The notes: generated by a model from the letters alone, not told the origin. 32,000 bases of DNA from Synechococcus elongatus PCC 6301 (GCF_000010065.1 NC_006576.1:2370001-2402000), one strand, 5' to 3'. Counted from the first letter of the stretch, positions 1-9,230 are shown. Made by a program: numbers and translations.

Positions 1-348
1 TGGATTGCGCCGGGAACAACGCCGGCAGCCGATCTGATCCAAGGCATTGAGCAGGGTGTCTTCGCCCGCAATTGGCTGGGTGGCATGACCAATGGTGAGA
101 TGTTCACCTTCTCGGCGGGCGAGGCTTGGATGATTCGTAATGGTGAGCTGGCGGAGCCGGTGCGTGATGTCACGCTCTCAGGCAATGTGTTCTCGACCCT
201 AGCGGCGATCGAAGCGATCGGTGATGACTTTGTCTGGGATGAGTCGGGCGGCTGTGGCAAGGGTGGCCAGAGTGGTTTGCCCGTTGGCTGCGGTGGTCCG
301 AGCCTGCGAATTCGGGATGTCGTCGTCGGTGGCGAAGCGAGTGATTAA
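1..348 (+). CDS. tldD: TldD-family metalloprotease, C-terminal fragment (5' end lies outside the window)
   Basis: Frame 1 is open from base 1 (WIAPGTTPAADLIQGIEQGVFARNWLGGMTNGEMF...) to TAA at 346-348. The tail GGCGKGGQSGLPVGCGGPSLRIRDVVVGG matches the conserved TldD/PmbA C-terminus. Confidence 0.8.
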   Translation, partial: WIAPGTTPAADLIQGIEQGVFARNWLGGMTNGEMFTFSAGEAWMIRNGELAEPVRDVTLSGNVFSTLAAIEAIGDDFVWDESGGCGKGGQSGLPVGCGGPSLRIRDVVVGGEASD

Positions 349-424
349 AAAGCGTTCGCGCTAGACGGGACTCTAGGTCAGACGCGAGAATCAGAGATTG
401 CTGTGTTTGTGATCGCTCTCTCCC

Positions 425-895
425 ATGCCGCAGGTTGTGCTCTATCAGCCCGAAATCCCGCCCAATACCGGCAATATTGCACGCACCTGTGCCGCAACAG
501 ACACGCCCCTGCATCTGATCGAGCCCTTGGGGTTTGAACTGAGCGATCGCTATCTCAAGCGAGCGGGCCTCGACTACTGGCCTTACGTCCAGCTGACGAC
601 CCATCCTGATTGGTCCGTATTTCGGCAACAGCAGCAACAGCAGGGCGGCCGACTGATTGCGTTTACAACCAAAGGGGAATTGAACTATCTCGACTGTGAC
701 TTTCAAGCCACTGATTGGTTGCTGTTTGGGCGAGAAACTAGTGGCCTACCGGAAGATGTTTTGGCCAGCTGTGACCATCGCGTTCGTATCCCCACACCTC
801 AAGCAGGAGTGCGCAGTTTGAATCTGTCGGTGAGTGTAGCGATCGGATTATTTGAAGCGCGGCGACAAGTTTACTTTGCGACTAATCCTGCCTAG
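425..895 (+). CDS. trmL: tRNA (cytidine/uridine(34)-2'-O)-methyltransferase, SpoU/TrmL family
   Basis: 156 aa. The N-terminus VVLYQPEIPPNTGNIARTCAATDTPLHLIEPLGF..DRYLKRAGLDYW and the C-terminal SLNLSVSVAIGLFEA are typical of TrmL (SPOUT fold). Confidence 0.85.
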   Translation: MPQVVLYQPEIPPNTGNIARTCAATDTPLHLIEPLGFELSDRYLKRAGLDYWPYVQLTTHPDWSVFRQQQQQQGGRLIAFTTKGELNYLDCDFQATDWLLFGRETSGLPEDVLASCDHRVRIPTPQAGVRSLNLSVSVAIGLFEARRQVYFATNPA

Positions 896-972
896 TTTGA
901 GACTATTACAGCGGAGTCTTGGCAACGCTCTCAATGAACTGACTGAGATTGGAGCCATGTTTTAGCCTGAAC

Positions 973-1653
973 TTAGGGATAGTCGCGAATCACATAGCCA
1001 ACGCCTCGCACTGTCTGTAAAATTCGTTGCGGATTTGAGGCTTCTAGCTTTAATCGCAATGCTCGAATATAGACTTCAATAATATTAGACTCGCCCATGA
1101 AGTCATACCCCCAAACTTGCTCAAGAATTTGGTCACGGGTAACGACTTGTCGAGCATGTCTTAGGAGAAACTCGAGCAGATCAAACTCCTTAGCTGTCAG
1201 CTCTAGTCGTTGACTCCCTCGATAAACTTCATGGGTTAGACGATGGAGTGATACATCAGCAAACTGCAGGCGATCGGGCTCTTCTGGATTGACCCGACGT
1301 AATTGCGCCTTAACTCGTGCCAGCAGCTCCTCGATGCTGAAGGGCTTTGTGACATAGTCATCAGCCCCTGAGTTTAACCCCGAAACGCGATCGGAAATTT
1401 CATCCTTAGCTGTCAATAAAATGATTGGTGTTTGAACACCAGTCGATCGTAGCCTCAAGCAGATATCAACTCCAGAAAGAGTTGGTAACATCCAGTCCAG
1501 AATGAGTAAATCGGGTTGAATACTTCTTGCTAAAGATAGACCGTCTAGACCGTTGTTGGCAACTGTTACTTGATAGCCTTCTAAGCTGAGTTCTTGCTCA
1601 ACAAACAGCAGAAGCTTCGGGTCATCCTCAATGAGCAAAATATGATTGTTCAT
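973..1653 (-). CDS. OmpR/PhoB-family response regulator (receiver plus winged-helix domains)
   Basis: 226 aa. Receiver motifs ILLIEDD, DLLILDWMLP and LLTAK are present. The C-terminal winged helix reads LTAKEFDLLEFLLRHARQVVTRDQILEQVWGYDF...TVRGVGYVI. The start overlaps the upstream kinase stop by 4 nt (1650-1653), which implies an operon. Confidence 0.9.
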   Translation of the reverse strand: MNNHILLIEDDPKLLLFVEQELSLEGYQVTVANNGLDGLSLARSIQPDLLILDWMLPTLSGVDICLRLRSTGVQTPIILLTAKDEISDRVSGLNSGADDYVTKPFSIEELLARVKAQLRRVNPEEPDRLQFADVSLHRLTHEVYRGSQRLELTAKEFDLLEFLLRHARQVVTRDQILEQVWGYDFMGESNIIEVYIRALRLKLEASNPQRILQTVRGVGYVIRDYP

Positions 1654-3098
1654 GGCAAGGATTCCCAGTTGGGTAAGATGATGGTGAAAGTACTGCCTTC
1701 CCCTAGTTTAGACCGCAGCGTAATTTTGCCCTGCATGCCTTCAATCAAGCTTTTGGCAATTGCTAATCCTAGCCCAGTTCCATCACGCGATCGTGTCATG
1801 GCTTCATCCACTCGGTAAAATCGCTCAAAAATGCGACTTTGGTGAGCAAGAGGAATTCCTACTCCTTGATCGATTATGTGAATTAAGGTCTGTTGATTAG
1901 ACTGCTCTAAATTAATGTAGACCACTTGATCTTGATTCGAATATTTGGCTGCGTTATCTAGCAGATTGATCAAAGCTTGCTCTAAACGATTTTGATCAGC
2001 GTAGACAACAATTTCACTCTTAGGGGTTTGCATAATAATTTGACGCCCAGTGACACGTCGTGTCATCTCAGCAACTTCTGCTATCAAAGTATTTAACACA
2101 GTCGGCATTAAGCGGAAATGCAGATTGCCGCTATCAACTCTTGCAAGATCTAGTAAATCTTGAAGCATTCGAATCGTTCTTTCAGCTTCTGCAGATGCTG
2201 TTTCTAGGGCTTGATTTTGATAAGAATTAAGATTGTCACCTCTTCTCAAAAGACTTTGCAGATATCCTGAAATCACTGTGAGGGGCGTTTTTAACTCATG
2301 GGAAACATTACCTACAAACTGTTGTTGTTGCTCCCAACTGATCGATAGACGATTCAACATGTCATTGAATGCCTTTGCAAGCCCTAAAATTTCCTCGGGA
2401 GCGTGGCGAAGTTCAAGAGGATCAGCTCCGAGATCAATGATTGAAATGTTACTAGCAATCTGGCTGATCTCCTTAATTGGAGCCATTGCTCTACGGATTC
2501 GACTAGCTATCACAACAATCAAGGTAAAAACCAGTAAAATACTGCCTAGCTGTAGTTGACTAAACAAAGAATCTAACTGTCTTTGATCTTCTGTAATATC
2601 TTGAAGCCAATATACATTTCCAATAGGATTTCCATCAAGACTTAGAGCAGTCTGAGCGAGAATAAAAGACTGCTGCTGTATCTGAAAAACTTTAGGATCA
2701 TTCGATGCGGGTAACTTGTTAGCCACTTCAATCAGATCACTTGAGGGAATATTCATCCCTCTCGATCGCGCTAAAAGTTCCCCTCTAGGGCTGCGAACCC
2801 AAATGAGGAGCCTCGGTTTAGAAACTTGGGCGATCGACCGTTCAAGCTCTAGTTGAATGGAATCATTGAGACTACTGATCTTAATTATTTCAGGAAAACT
2901 ATCAGAAATATAACTCAAATTTTGTTTGTAGCCATTAATCAGAGTTTGTTCTAATCGCCAAGATGACCACAAGGTGATGCTGCATACACCTAATGCGGAG
3001 ATTAAGGTCAGCTCAAGAGTCAGCCTAAATTGTAAAGAGTTTGTAGCAACTCGACTTCCTCCAAGCTTGTTAAAAATTGATTGAATATGGCGAAACAT
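1650..3098 (-). CDS. Membrane sensor histidine kinase (2 TM segments, periplasmic loop, HAMP, HisKA, HATPase_c)
   Basis: 482 aa. H-box FVGNVSHELKTPLTVISGYL, N-box LINLLDNAAKY, and G-boxes DQGVGIP and GTGLGLAIAKSL are present. Two hydrophobic segments flank a loop of about 140 aa. Confidence 0.9.
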   Translation of the reverse strand: MFRHIQSIFNKLGGSRVATNSLQFRLTLELTLISALGVCSITLWSSWRLEQTLINGYKQNLSYISDSFPEIIKISSLNDSIQLELERSIAQVSKPRLLIWVRSPRGELLARSRGMNIPSSDLIEVANKLPASNDPKVFQIQQQSFILAQTALSLDGNPIGNVYWLQDITEDQRQLDSLFSQLQLGSILLVFTLIVVIASRIRRAMAPIKEISQIASNISIIDLGADPLELRHAPEEILGLAKAFNDMLNRLSISWEQQQQFVGNVSHELKTPLTVISGYLQSLLRRGDNLNSYQNQALETASAEAERTIRMLQDLLDLARVDSGNLHFRLMPTVLNTLIAEVAEMTRRVTGRQIIMQTPKSEIVVYADQNRLEQALINLLDNAAKYSNQDQVVYINLEQSNQQTLIHIIDQGVGIPLAHQSRIFERFYRVDEAMTRSRDGTGLGLAIAKSLIEGMQGKITLRSKLGEGSTFTIILPNWESLP

Positions 3099-3157
3099 TG
3101 ATTTGGCTAGAATTTCCTTTGATCAAGCTGTTGCTTAAGCTTATAAAACATTTCTAA

Positions 3158-3200
3158 AGCGAGCAGTACATGATTTTAGTCAAATGCTGAACTGCTCGCT
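3158..3200 (-). terminator. Candidate stem-loop (terminator or attenuator) between the YHS-protein gene and the kinase gene
   Basis: Perfect 10-bp inverted repeat: AGCGAGCAGT (3158-3167) and ACTGCTCGCT (3191-3200), with a 23-nt loop. It begins 8 nt after the YHS gene stop. On the transcript it is followed by a T-rich tract (TTAGAAATGTTTTAT). The long loop makes it atypical for an intrinsic terminator. Confidence 0.3.
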
Positions 3201-3207
3201 AGAACTT

Positions 3208-3741
3208 CTATCTTTTTAGGGTGTCATTGTTGAGAATTTTAGGCCAATTCGCATTTGCTTTTACAATTTTAGTTGCTGTGTCTTGCTTCCATTCCTTCTG
3301 GGCTTCTAAACTGTAATTAAGGTAAAGCTTGCCATCGCGAATTTCCCAAGCATTAGGAATCGTTGTAGCTAAAACACCTGCAGATGCTGCTTTAGCGCAA
3401 TAACCGCCGTACTGCGGAGCATATTTAGTTGGGTTTTTTGCGAATAAGTCACGATTCATTGTGCTTGAGAACTGCCACTTTACACCATTCCAAGTGTGAG
3501 TAAATTTTGGACTCCCTTGAACGAGTGAATTGCTTCGAAAATATGCAACAACATCTTGGCCATCTAAAGCAATACCATTCTCGTTGTAAACGGCTGGAAA
3601 ACGAGTGGTTGCTTGAGCGAGCCTAGAATGACTGATAGAAGTTTCGACAGATTGAGTAGAGGTTGCAGCTTCTAGGCGGGTAACAACGCTAACAGATGCT
3701 AGGCCGACCAAACTGCAGATCAGAAGATAGCTAAGTTTCAT
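3208..3741 (-). CDS. Secreted YHS-domain protein (Cys form of the YHS-domain (seleno)protein family)
   Basis: 177 aa. N-terminal signal peptide MKLSYLLICSLVGLASVSVV. Conserved blocks are IALDGQDVVAYF, KWQFSS..NRDLFAKNPTKYAPQYGGYCAKA and DGKLYLNYS...KANANW. Confidence 0.7.
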   Translation of the reverse strand: MKLSYLLICSLVGLASVSVVTRLEAATSTQSVETSISHSRLAQATTRFPAVYNENGIALDGQDVVAYFRSNSLVQGSPKFTHTWNGVKWQFSSTMNRDLFAKNPTKYAPQYGGYCAKAASAGVLATTIPNAWEIRDGKLYLNYSLEAQKEWKQDTATKIVKANANWPKILNNDTLKR

Positions 3742-4234
3742 GGTTCCTTGATTGTCCTTGTTCTGCTAAATGACTAATTAAGGTTTCAAGCCTTTGGATG
3801 TGAGCTGAAAACAAAAAATCAGATTCAGCTAAAGCAAGATTACCGATGCATCACTCGATTTAAGTGATGATTGGATGAGGAGAGGCAAAAGAATGATTAA
3901 AAATGAACGATTATCCTGCCCACATTATTCAGGTTTAATTCATTGAGATCCTGTACAACCTATCCATTTTTCTGACTGATCGCTCAGGACTTATGAAGGG
4001 TTCAGGTTCCAGTGGGTTCCTTCTCAAAACTCCTTGGAAACATTTTTATTGCATTCTCGTCACATCTCCTGTGGCGGCGGGAACTCACGATCGCCTTTGA
4101 GAGATTGCTGAGGGCGGCATCCTTACTGGCTATGTGTGCCAGCACACTAGCCTTACTCCGACCACTGCCGCTCTCATGCAGACTGTAAAGAGATCTTGCA
4201 AGTTTGCGTTTTCTGCCCTTCTCATCTTGTCTCC

Positions 4235-5518
4235 ATGACCGTTTTTGCCCAAGCTCACGCCCGCCTCGGTCTGGCTTGTTTGTTGGTGTCAATCACAGCC
4301 TCGGGCTGTCAGATCTTGCCGCCAAGCTCTGCTCAAACCAATCGGGAGCAGCAGCGATCGCCCATCACTGCGGTGGATGCTGCGGTAGTTGAACGGCAAC
4401 CCCTCCAAGAAGCCACCCGGTACACCGGCACGACGGAACCTTTCCAATCTGTGTCGCTGCGGGCTCAAGTTGAAGGTCAAGTGCTGGGGCTTTCCGTCGA
4501 TGTGGGGGATCCAGTTCAGTCGGGGCAGTTACTCGCCCGCCTAGACGATCGCCTGCAAAGCACCGCGGTAGTTGCGGCAGCGGCAGAAGTGGCGGCTCGT
4601 CAGTCTGAAGTGGCTAGCCAAAGAGCTGAGGTGATTGCTGCTATGGCCTCCGTCGAGCAAGCTCGCCTCCAGCTCCAACAGGCCCGATCCGATGCAGCCC
4701 GCCTAACGCGCCTGTTTCAGGCGGGAGCAATTTCTGCGCAGGAAGCTGAAACAGCTCAGACTGCCGTATTGACGGCCGAACAAGCGGTTCGCACTGCCCA
4801 ACAACAGGTGCAAACCCGTCAACAGGCTGTGGCGGCGGCTGAACGTCGGGTGGTTGCCCAACAGGCGATCGCCAACCAAGAACAGGCGCGGCGCAACTTC
4901 ACGCAGCTGATTGCGCCGGTCACCGGTCTGGTTTTAGAGCGCAGTACGGAAGCAGGTAACCTCGCTCGTGAGGGCGATGAGATTCTCACGATTGGCGACT
5001 TTAGCCGCATCAAAGTTGTCCTGCGTGTCTCTGAGCTAGAACTTGCCAACCTGCGGGTTGGACAGTCCGTCCAAGTCCGACTGGATGCTTTTCCCAAGCA
5101 GACCTTTACGGGGCAAATCAGCCGGATTGCGCCGGTAGCTGATCGCCGAACCCGGCTGATTCCTGTGGAAATTACCATGCCTAATCCTGATGGTCGGATA
5201 GGCAGCGGTTTATTGGCGCGGGTGGTACTGTCCAGCAGTGCGCCTGACCCGATCGTCGTCCCTGAAGCGGCGCTCTCGACCGGGGAGACGCCCACTACAA
5301 GCGATCGCGGCACTGTGTTCGTCGTCAAAAAGCAAGGCGATCGCACCACCACCGAAGCGCGATCGGTGCGGTTAGGACCTCGGGCCGATGGCCGTGTGGT
5401 CATTCAAAGCGGCTTACAAGCGGGTGAAACGATCGTGGTGCGCAGTGCCAGTCCTCTCAAAGCGGGCCAGCAGGTTCGCCTCAGCATTCTGTCCACAGCG
5501 GGAGACCAGAACGGATGA
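4235..5518 (+). CDS. RND efflux periplasmic adaptor (HlyD/MFP family), probable lipoprotein
   Basis: The ORF is open from 4196. ATG at 4235 gives MTVFAQAHARLGLACLLVSITASGC, a signal peptide with a lipobox Cys. A long coiled-coil region (AQ/AR-rich) and a beta-barrel C-terminal part follow. The stop overlaps the RND pump start by 4 nt (5515-5518). Confidence 0.85.
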   Translation: MTVFAQAHARLGLACLLVSITASGCQILPPSSAQTNREQQRSPITAVDAAVVERQPLQEATRYTGTTEPFQSVSLRAQVEGQVLGLSVDVGDPVQSGQLLARLDDRLQSTAVVAAAAEVAARQSEVASQRAEVIAAMASVEQARLQLQQARSDAARLTRLFQAGAISAQEAETAQTAVLTAEQAVRTAQQQVQTRQQAVAAAERRVVAQQAIANQEQARRNFTQLIAPVTGLVLERSTEAGNLAREGDEILTIGDFSRIKVVLRVSELELANLRVGQSVQVRLDAFPKQTFTGQISRIAPVADRRTRLIPVEITMPNPDGRIGSGLLARVVLSSSAPDPIVVPEAALSTGETPTTSDRGTVFVVKKQGDRTTTEARSVRLGPRADGRVVIQSGLQAGETIVVRSASPLKAGQQVRLSILSTAGDQNG

Positions 5519-8500
5519 GCCCAACGCCGCCTCCGAAGCTCAGCCTCAGCGGGCTTTCGATTCGTCGCCACATCGGTACCCTGATGCTGACCTTGGCCAC
5601 AGTGGTTGTGGCAGTCTTTCTTGTCAGTCGGCTTCAGGTCGATCTCTTGCCGTCGATCACCTATCCGCGAATTGGGGTGCGGCTGACGGCACCGGGACTG
5701 GCGCCGGAAATCGCCGTGGAAGAAGTCACCAAGCCCCTCGAAGAATCGCTCTCGGCGACTGAAGGGGTAGTGCAAATCTTCTCGCGCACCCGCGAAGGCG
5801 ATGTCAGCATTGACCTCTTCTTCGAGCCGGGAGGAAACATTGACCAAGCCCTCAACGATGCGACGGCCACCTTCAACCGGGCCCGATCGCGGCTCCCCGA
5901 GGGCATTGAAGAGGCACGACTATTCAAGTTCGACCCATCCCAGTTGCCGGTCTACGAGTTTGCCCTTTCCTCCACTGAGCGATCGCCCCAGGAATTGCGC
6001 CTGCTTGCCGAAGAAGAACTGGCCCGAGAGCTGACCTTGCTGCCAGGGGTCGCAGCGGTTGATGTCACCGGCGGTCTCGAGGAGGAAGTGCGGGTTCTGC
6101 TCGACCCCGATCGCCTGCAGGCTTTAGGCATTGGGCTGGAGACCGTCCTCAATGAATTGCAAGAGAGTAACCAAGATGTTTCTGGTGGCCGACTGCTGGG
6201 CAGTGCTGAGCCCCTGACGCGGACAACAGGACGTTTTCAAGACGCCCAAGACATTTTAGATCTGACCTTCGAACGAGCGGGTAGCGAAACCGATCCGTCC
6301 CAGCAGTTACGGCTGCGAGACTTTGCCCAGGTCATTGACGGCAGCGCTGAGCAGCGGATTTTCGTCAGCCTCAATGGTCAGCCAGCCGTCAAGGTTAGCG
6401 TCCAGAAACAGCCGGAAGCCAACACGATCGCGGTTGTTGACGCTGTTAAACAGCGCTTGAACCAACTTCAGGCCAATCAAGTCCTCGGCGAAGGAGTGCA
6501 GGTATTGCCGACCTTGGATGAGTCGATTTTTATTCAAAATGCGATCGGTAATGTCACCAGCTCCGGTCTGGCTGGGGCTGGCCTTGCCGCGCTGGCGGTA
6601 CTGCTCTTCCTCGGCTCTTGGCGGCAGACCCTGATCATCGTGATTTCAATTCCGCTGGCGACGCTGGCCGCGATCGTGATGATGCGACTAGCGGGCTTCT
6701 CCCTCAACATCTTCAGCTTGGGCGGACTGGCACTGGGCGTTGGCATTGTTGTCGATAACTCGATCGTCATGTTGGAGACCATCGCCGATGGCGTTGGCAT
6801 CACCCCTGGTCGCGATAGCCGCAGTCTGCTTTCGCCGCGACAGGTGATTGAGCGGGCGATCGACAGCAGTCAAAAAGTTGAGTCAGCCCTGATTGCTTCA
6901 ACGACCACCAACTTAGTGGCGGTACTACCCTTTTTGATGCTGGGTGGCTTTATTTCCCTGCTGTTCAGTGAGCTGATTCTGACGATCAGTTTTGCCGTGG
7001 CGGCTTCAATTTTGGTGGCGCTGACGGTTGTGCCGGCTATGGCCTCGCGACTGTTGGCTCGCAAGGAAACCAGTGGTCTCGATCGCTGGCCCCCGCTGCT
7101 GGCCTTTCAGCACCAATTTGCTCGACTGCAAACGGCCTATGGTCAGGTGCTCCAGCGTCTGATCAACCGGCCGCTGCGCACGATCGCGATCGCTTTTCTC
7201 GTCTTGGGTCTGAGTGGCGCCTCCTTGCTGGGCCAGCTCTCCCAGGAGATTCTGCCTCGGATTAATACAGGCCAAGCGCAGCTCTTTGTCCAGTTCCCAC
7301 CAGGTACTCCCTTGGTGGACAACCAACGGGTGATGGCGGCGATCGAGCAGTTGATCCTCGAGCAACCCGAAACAGACTATGCCTTTTCGACGATTGGGGG
7401 CTCCCTGTTTGGGGCCAATACGACCACCAACGTTCTACGCAGTTCCAGCACAATCACGCTGAAACCTGGCAGTGATGTCGATCAGTTTGTTGAACGACTG
7501 ACGCCCGCCTTCAACCAACTCAATTTGGTGGATACCTTGGTGCGGGTCACCCCAGGCTCAGTACGCGGTTTGATCACCAATAACTCGCCGCTACGCGGTG
7601 CCGATATCGACGTCATTCTCCAGAGTGAAGATCGCGAACAACTGGCGATCGCGGGTGAACAGGTGATGCGAGCTCTGGGGCAAGCGCAACTCGCCCGCTA
7701 TCGACCCGACAGCGATCGCCGCGAACCAGAATTGCGAATCCAGCTCGATCGCGAACGAGCAGCGGCTCTCGGCCTGAATCCCAGTCGCGTGGGCAATACA
7801 ATTCAAACCGCGATTGAAGGTTCGATACCAACCCGTCTACAGCGGGGCGATCGCCTGGTGGATGTGCGGGTGGAAGTTGCCAACACGGCCATCAATACGC
7901 CGGCTCAATTGCTGCAGCTGCCGCTGTTTAGCAACACGGGCTCGCTGATTCGCCTCAATGACATTGCCCGTCTTGAGACGGGGGCTGCCCCCTCCGAAAT
8001 TCAGCGGATTAACCAACGACAGGTCTTCCAAATTGCCGGCAACCTCAGTCAAGGTGCCAGCTTGAGTGCTGCGATCGCAGAGGCTGAGCGCCTGATTGAC
8101 TCCGTCGATCTCCCCTCGGGAGTCAGTTTGTTGCCCAGTAGCGCTGCCGAGAGCAACCGGCAGTTGCAGGCCAGTCTGCCGATTCTGGGTGGCTTGGCTG
8201 GCTTCTTGGTCTACGTGGTCATGGCGGTGCAGTACAACTCGCTGATCGATCCGCTAGTGATCATGTTCACGCTGCCTCTGGCCTTAGCCGGTGGCATCCT
8301 GGGGCTCTACTTCACGAACACCGCGATCGGTGCAACGGTCGTCGTTGGGGTGGTGCTACTGGTTGGGATCGTCGTCAATAACGCGATCATCCTGGTGGAA
8401 CTGGCCAATCAACTGCGGGAAGAGCAGGGCTGCGATCGCCGCTCGGCCATACTGCAAGCGGCCCCGCAACGCCTTCGCCCCGTGCTGATGACGACACTCA

Positions 8501-8769
8501 CTACCGTGCTGGGGATGTTGCCCTTGGCGCTGGGCATTGGTCAGGGCAGTGAGTTCCTGCAACCGCTGGGGATTGTCGTTTTCTCGGGGCTCTCCCTGGC
8601 AACGGTGCTAACCCTGCTGGTCATTCCCTGCTTCTACGTGCTGCTCCATGGGCTTGCTGAGCGCTGGACCCAGCATCCTTTGACAGTGACGGCCCTGCCG
8701 TTCGTGCCCGGGGGGCTGCCGCGTCCTTCGGTGGGCTCCACAGCAGACAAGTCCTCGATTGACCCCTAG
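5515..8769 (+). CDS. RND superfamily efflux permease (AcrB/AcrD/AcrF-like, 12 TM)
   Basis: 1084 aa. It has the typical RND architecture: an N-terminal TM segment, two large periplasmic loops, and two TM bundles (e.g. FSLNIFSLGGLALGVGIVVDNSIVMLE and VGVVLLVGIVVNNAIILVE). It is translationally coupled to the adaptor gene. No outer-membrane factor gene is adjacent. Confidence 0.92.
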   Translation: MSPTPPPKLSLSGLSIRRHIGTLMLTLATVVVAVFLVSRLQVDLLPSITYPRIGVRLTAPGLAPEIAVEEVTKPLEESLSATEGVVQIFSRTREGDVSIDLFFEPGGNIDQALNDATATFNRARSRLPEGIEEARLFKFDPSQLPVYEFALSSTERSPQELRLLAEEELARELTLLPGVAAVDVTGGLEEEVRVLLDPDRLQALGIGLETVLNELQESNQDVSGGRLLGSAEPLTRTTGRFQDAQDILDLTFERAGSETDPSQQLRLRDFAQVIDGSAEQRIFVSLNGQPAVKVSVQKQPEANTIAVVDAVKQRLNQLQANQVLGEGVQVLPTLDESIFIQNAIGNVTSSGLAGAGLAALAVLLFLGSWRQTLIIVISIPLATLAAIVMMRLAGFSLNIFSLGGLALGVGIVVDNSIVMLETIADGVGITPGRDSRSLLSPRQVIERAIDSSQKVESALIASTTTNLVAVLPFLMLGGFISLLFSELILTISFAVAASILVALTVVPAMASRLLARKETSGLDRWPPLLAFQHQFARLQTAYGQVLQRLINRPLRTIAIAFLVLGLSGASLLGQLSQEILPRINTGQAQLFVQFPPGTPLVDNQRVMAAIEQLILEQPETDYAFSTIGGSLFGANTTTNVLRSSSTITLKPGSDVDQFVERLTPAFNQLNLVDTLVRVTPGSVRGLITNNSPLRGADIDVILQSEDREQLAIAGEQVMRALGQAQLARYRPDSDRREPELRIQLDRERAAALGLNPSRVGNTIQTAIEGSIPTRLQRGDRLVDVRVEVANTAINTPAQLLQLPLFSNTGSLIRLNDIARLETGAAPSEIQRINQRQVFQIAGNLSQGASLSAAIAEAERLIDSVDLPSGVSLLPSSAAESNRQLQASLPILGGLAGFLVYVVMAVQYNSLIDPLVIMFTLPLALAGGILGLYFTNTAIGATVVVGVVLLVGIVVNNAIILVELANQLREEQGCDRRSAILQAAPQRLRPVLMTTLTTVLGMLPLALGIGQGSEFLQPLGIVVFSGLSLATVLTLLVIPCFYVLLHGLAERWTQHPLTVTALPFVPGGLPRPSVGSTADKSSIDP

Positions 8770-8795
8770 GAGCAGACTGCAGCAACCTGCGATCG

Positions 8796-9227
8796 CTAGT
8801 AACCGCCAGTGGTTGGCTCAAAGGCTGATTGCTGAGCGGTTTTCCAGTAGCGAGAGAAGCGCTTCAGATCGACATAGCCCTCGATCGCTGCAAACTCTGG
8901 CCCATCGCAAATCTCGAGGTTAAAGTCCGCTTCGATCGCATCGGCGATCTGGTTGAAGCGGGGACTGGGGCTGTCGGTAGTCGCAATGCAATCCGCTCCA
9001 TGGGCTTGGGCAAAGCGCCGCAGTTCTGTGGCCGGATCACCACGCCGGATCGTGACGGGCAACTCCAGCAGACATTCGTAGATGAAGACGACGCGCTTGA
9101 GGCTGATCTGCCAGTCCTTGAGCAAAGAGTCATCCCAGACCCAAAGCGCCGGAGCTTTGGGATGGCGCAGGAGAGCGGGGTTTTGGGGGCTGAGGGCATC
9201 CCCGTGGATCCAGACAATTGGTTTCAT
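8796..9227 (-). CDS. Stand-alone photolyase alpha/beta (antenna) domain-like protein
   Basis: 143 aa. IVWIHGDALSPQNPAL...LWVWDD...KRVVFIYECLLELPVTIRRGDPATELRRFAQAHGADCIATTDSPSPRF mirrors the canonical photolyase N-terminal pattern (vWfRrDLRl.DN.AL ... Fl.esL..L). Its ATG lies one codon after the stop of the upstream FAD-domain gene, in the same frame. Confidence 0.7.
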   Translation of the reverse strand: MKPIVWIHGDALSPQNPALLRHPKAPALWVWDDSLLKDWQISLKRVVFIYECLLELPVTIRRGDPATELRRFAQAHGADCIATTDSPSPRFNQIADAIEADFNLEICDGPEFAAIEGYVDLKRFSRYWKTAQQSAFEPTTGGY

Positions 9228-9230
9228 GGT

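Noticed and set aside
170-706. 178-aa minus-strand ORF spanning the tldD end and the trmL start
   Set aside because: It is antisense to two well-supported genes and crosses their intergenic gap. Its Arg/His/Ser-rich low-complexity translation is typical of spurious antisense ORFs in GC-rich DNA.
939-3979. The 8-mer CTGACTGA at both edges of the AT-rich island (939-946 and 3972-3979), considered as possible att-like direct repeats
   Set aside because: A single 8-nt match between two roughly 100-nt boundary zones is within chance expectation. No integrase, tRNA or longer repeat accompanies it.
4002-4292. 96-aa minus-strand ORF upstream of and overlapping the adaptor gene start
   Set aside because: Its translation is highly basic and low-complexity, and it overlaps the lipoprotein signal-peptide coding region of the adaptor. 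It has no SD and no recognisable motif.
4819-5403. 194-aa antisense ORF inside the RND adaptor gene, plus many 60-150-aa ORFs inside the RND pump gene (5388-8821)
   Set aside because: All lie within, or opposite to, genes with strong family motifs. Their translations are Arg/Ser/Pro/Ala-rich with no recognisable domains. They are a by-product of high GC content.
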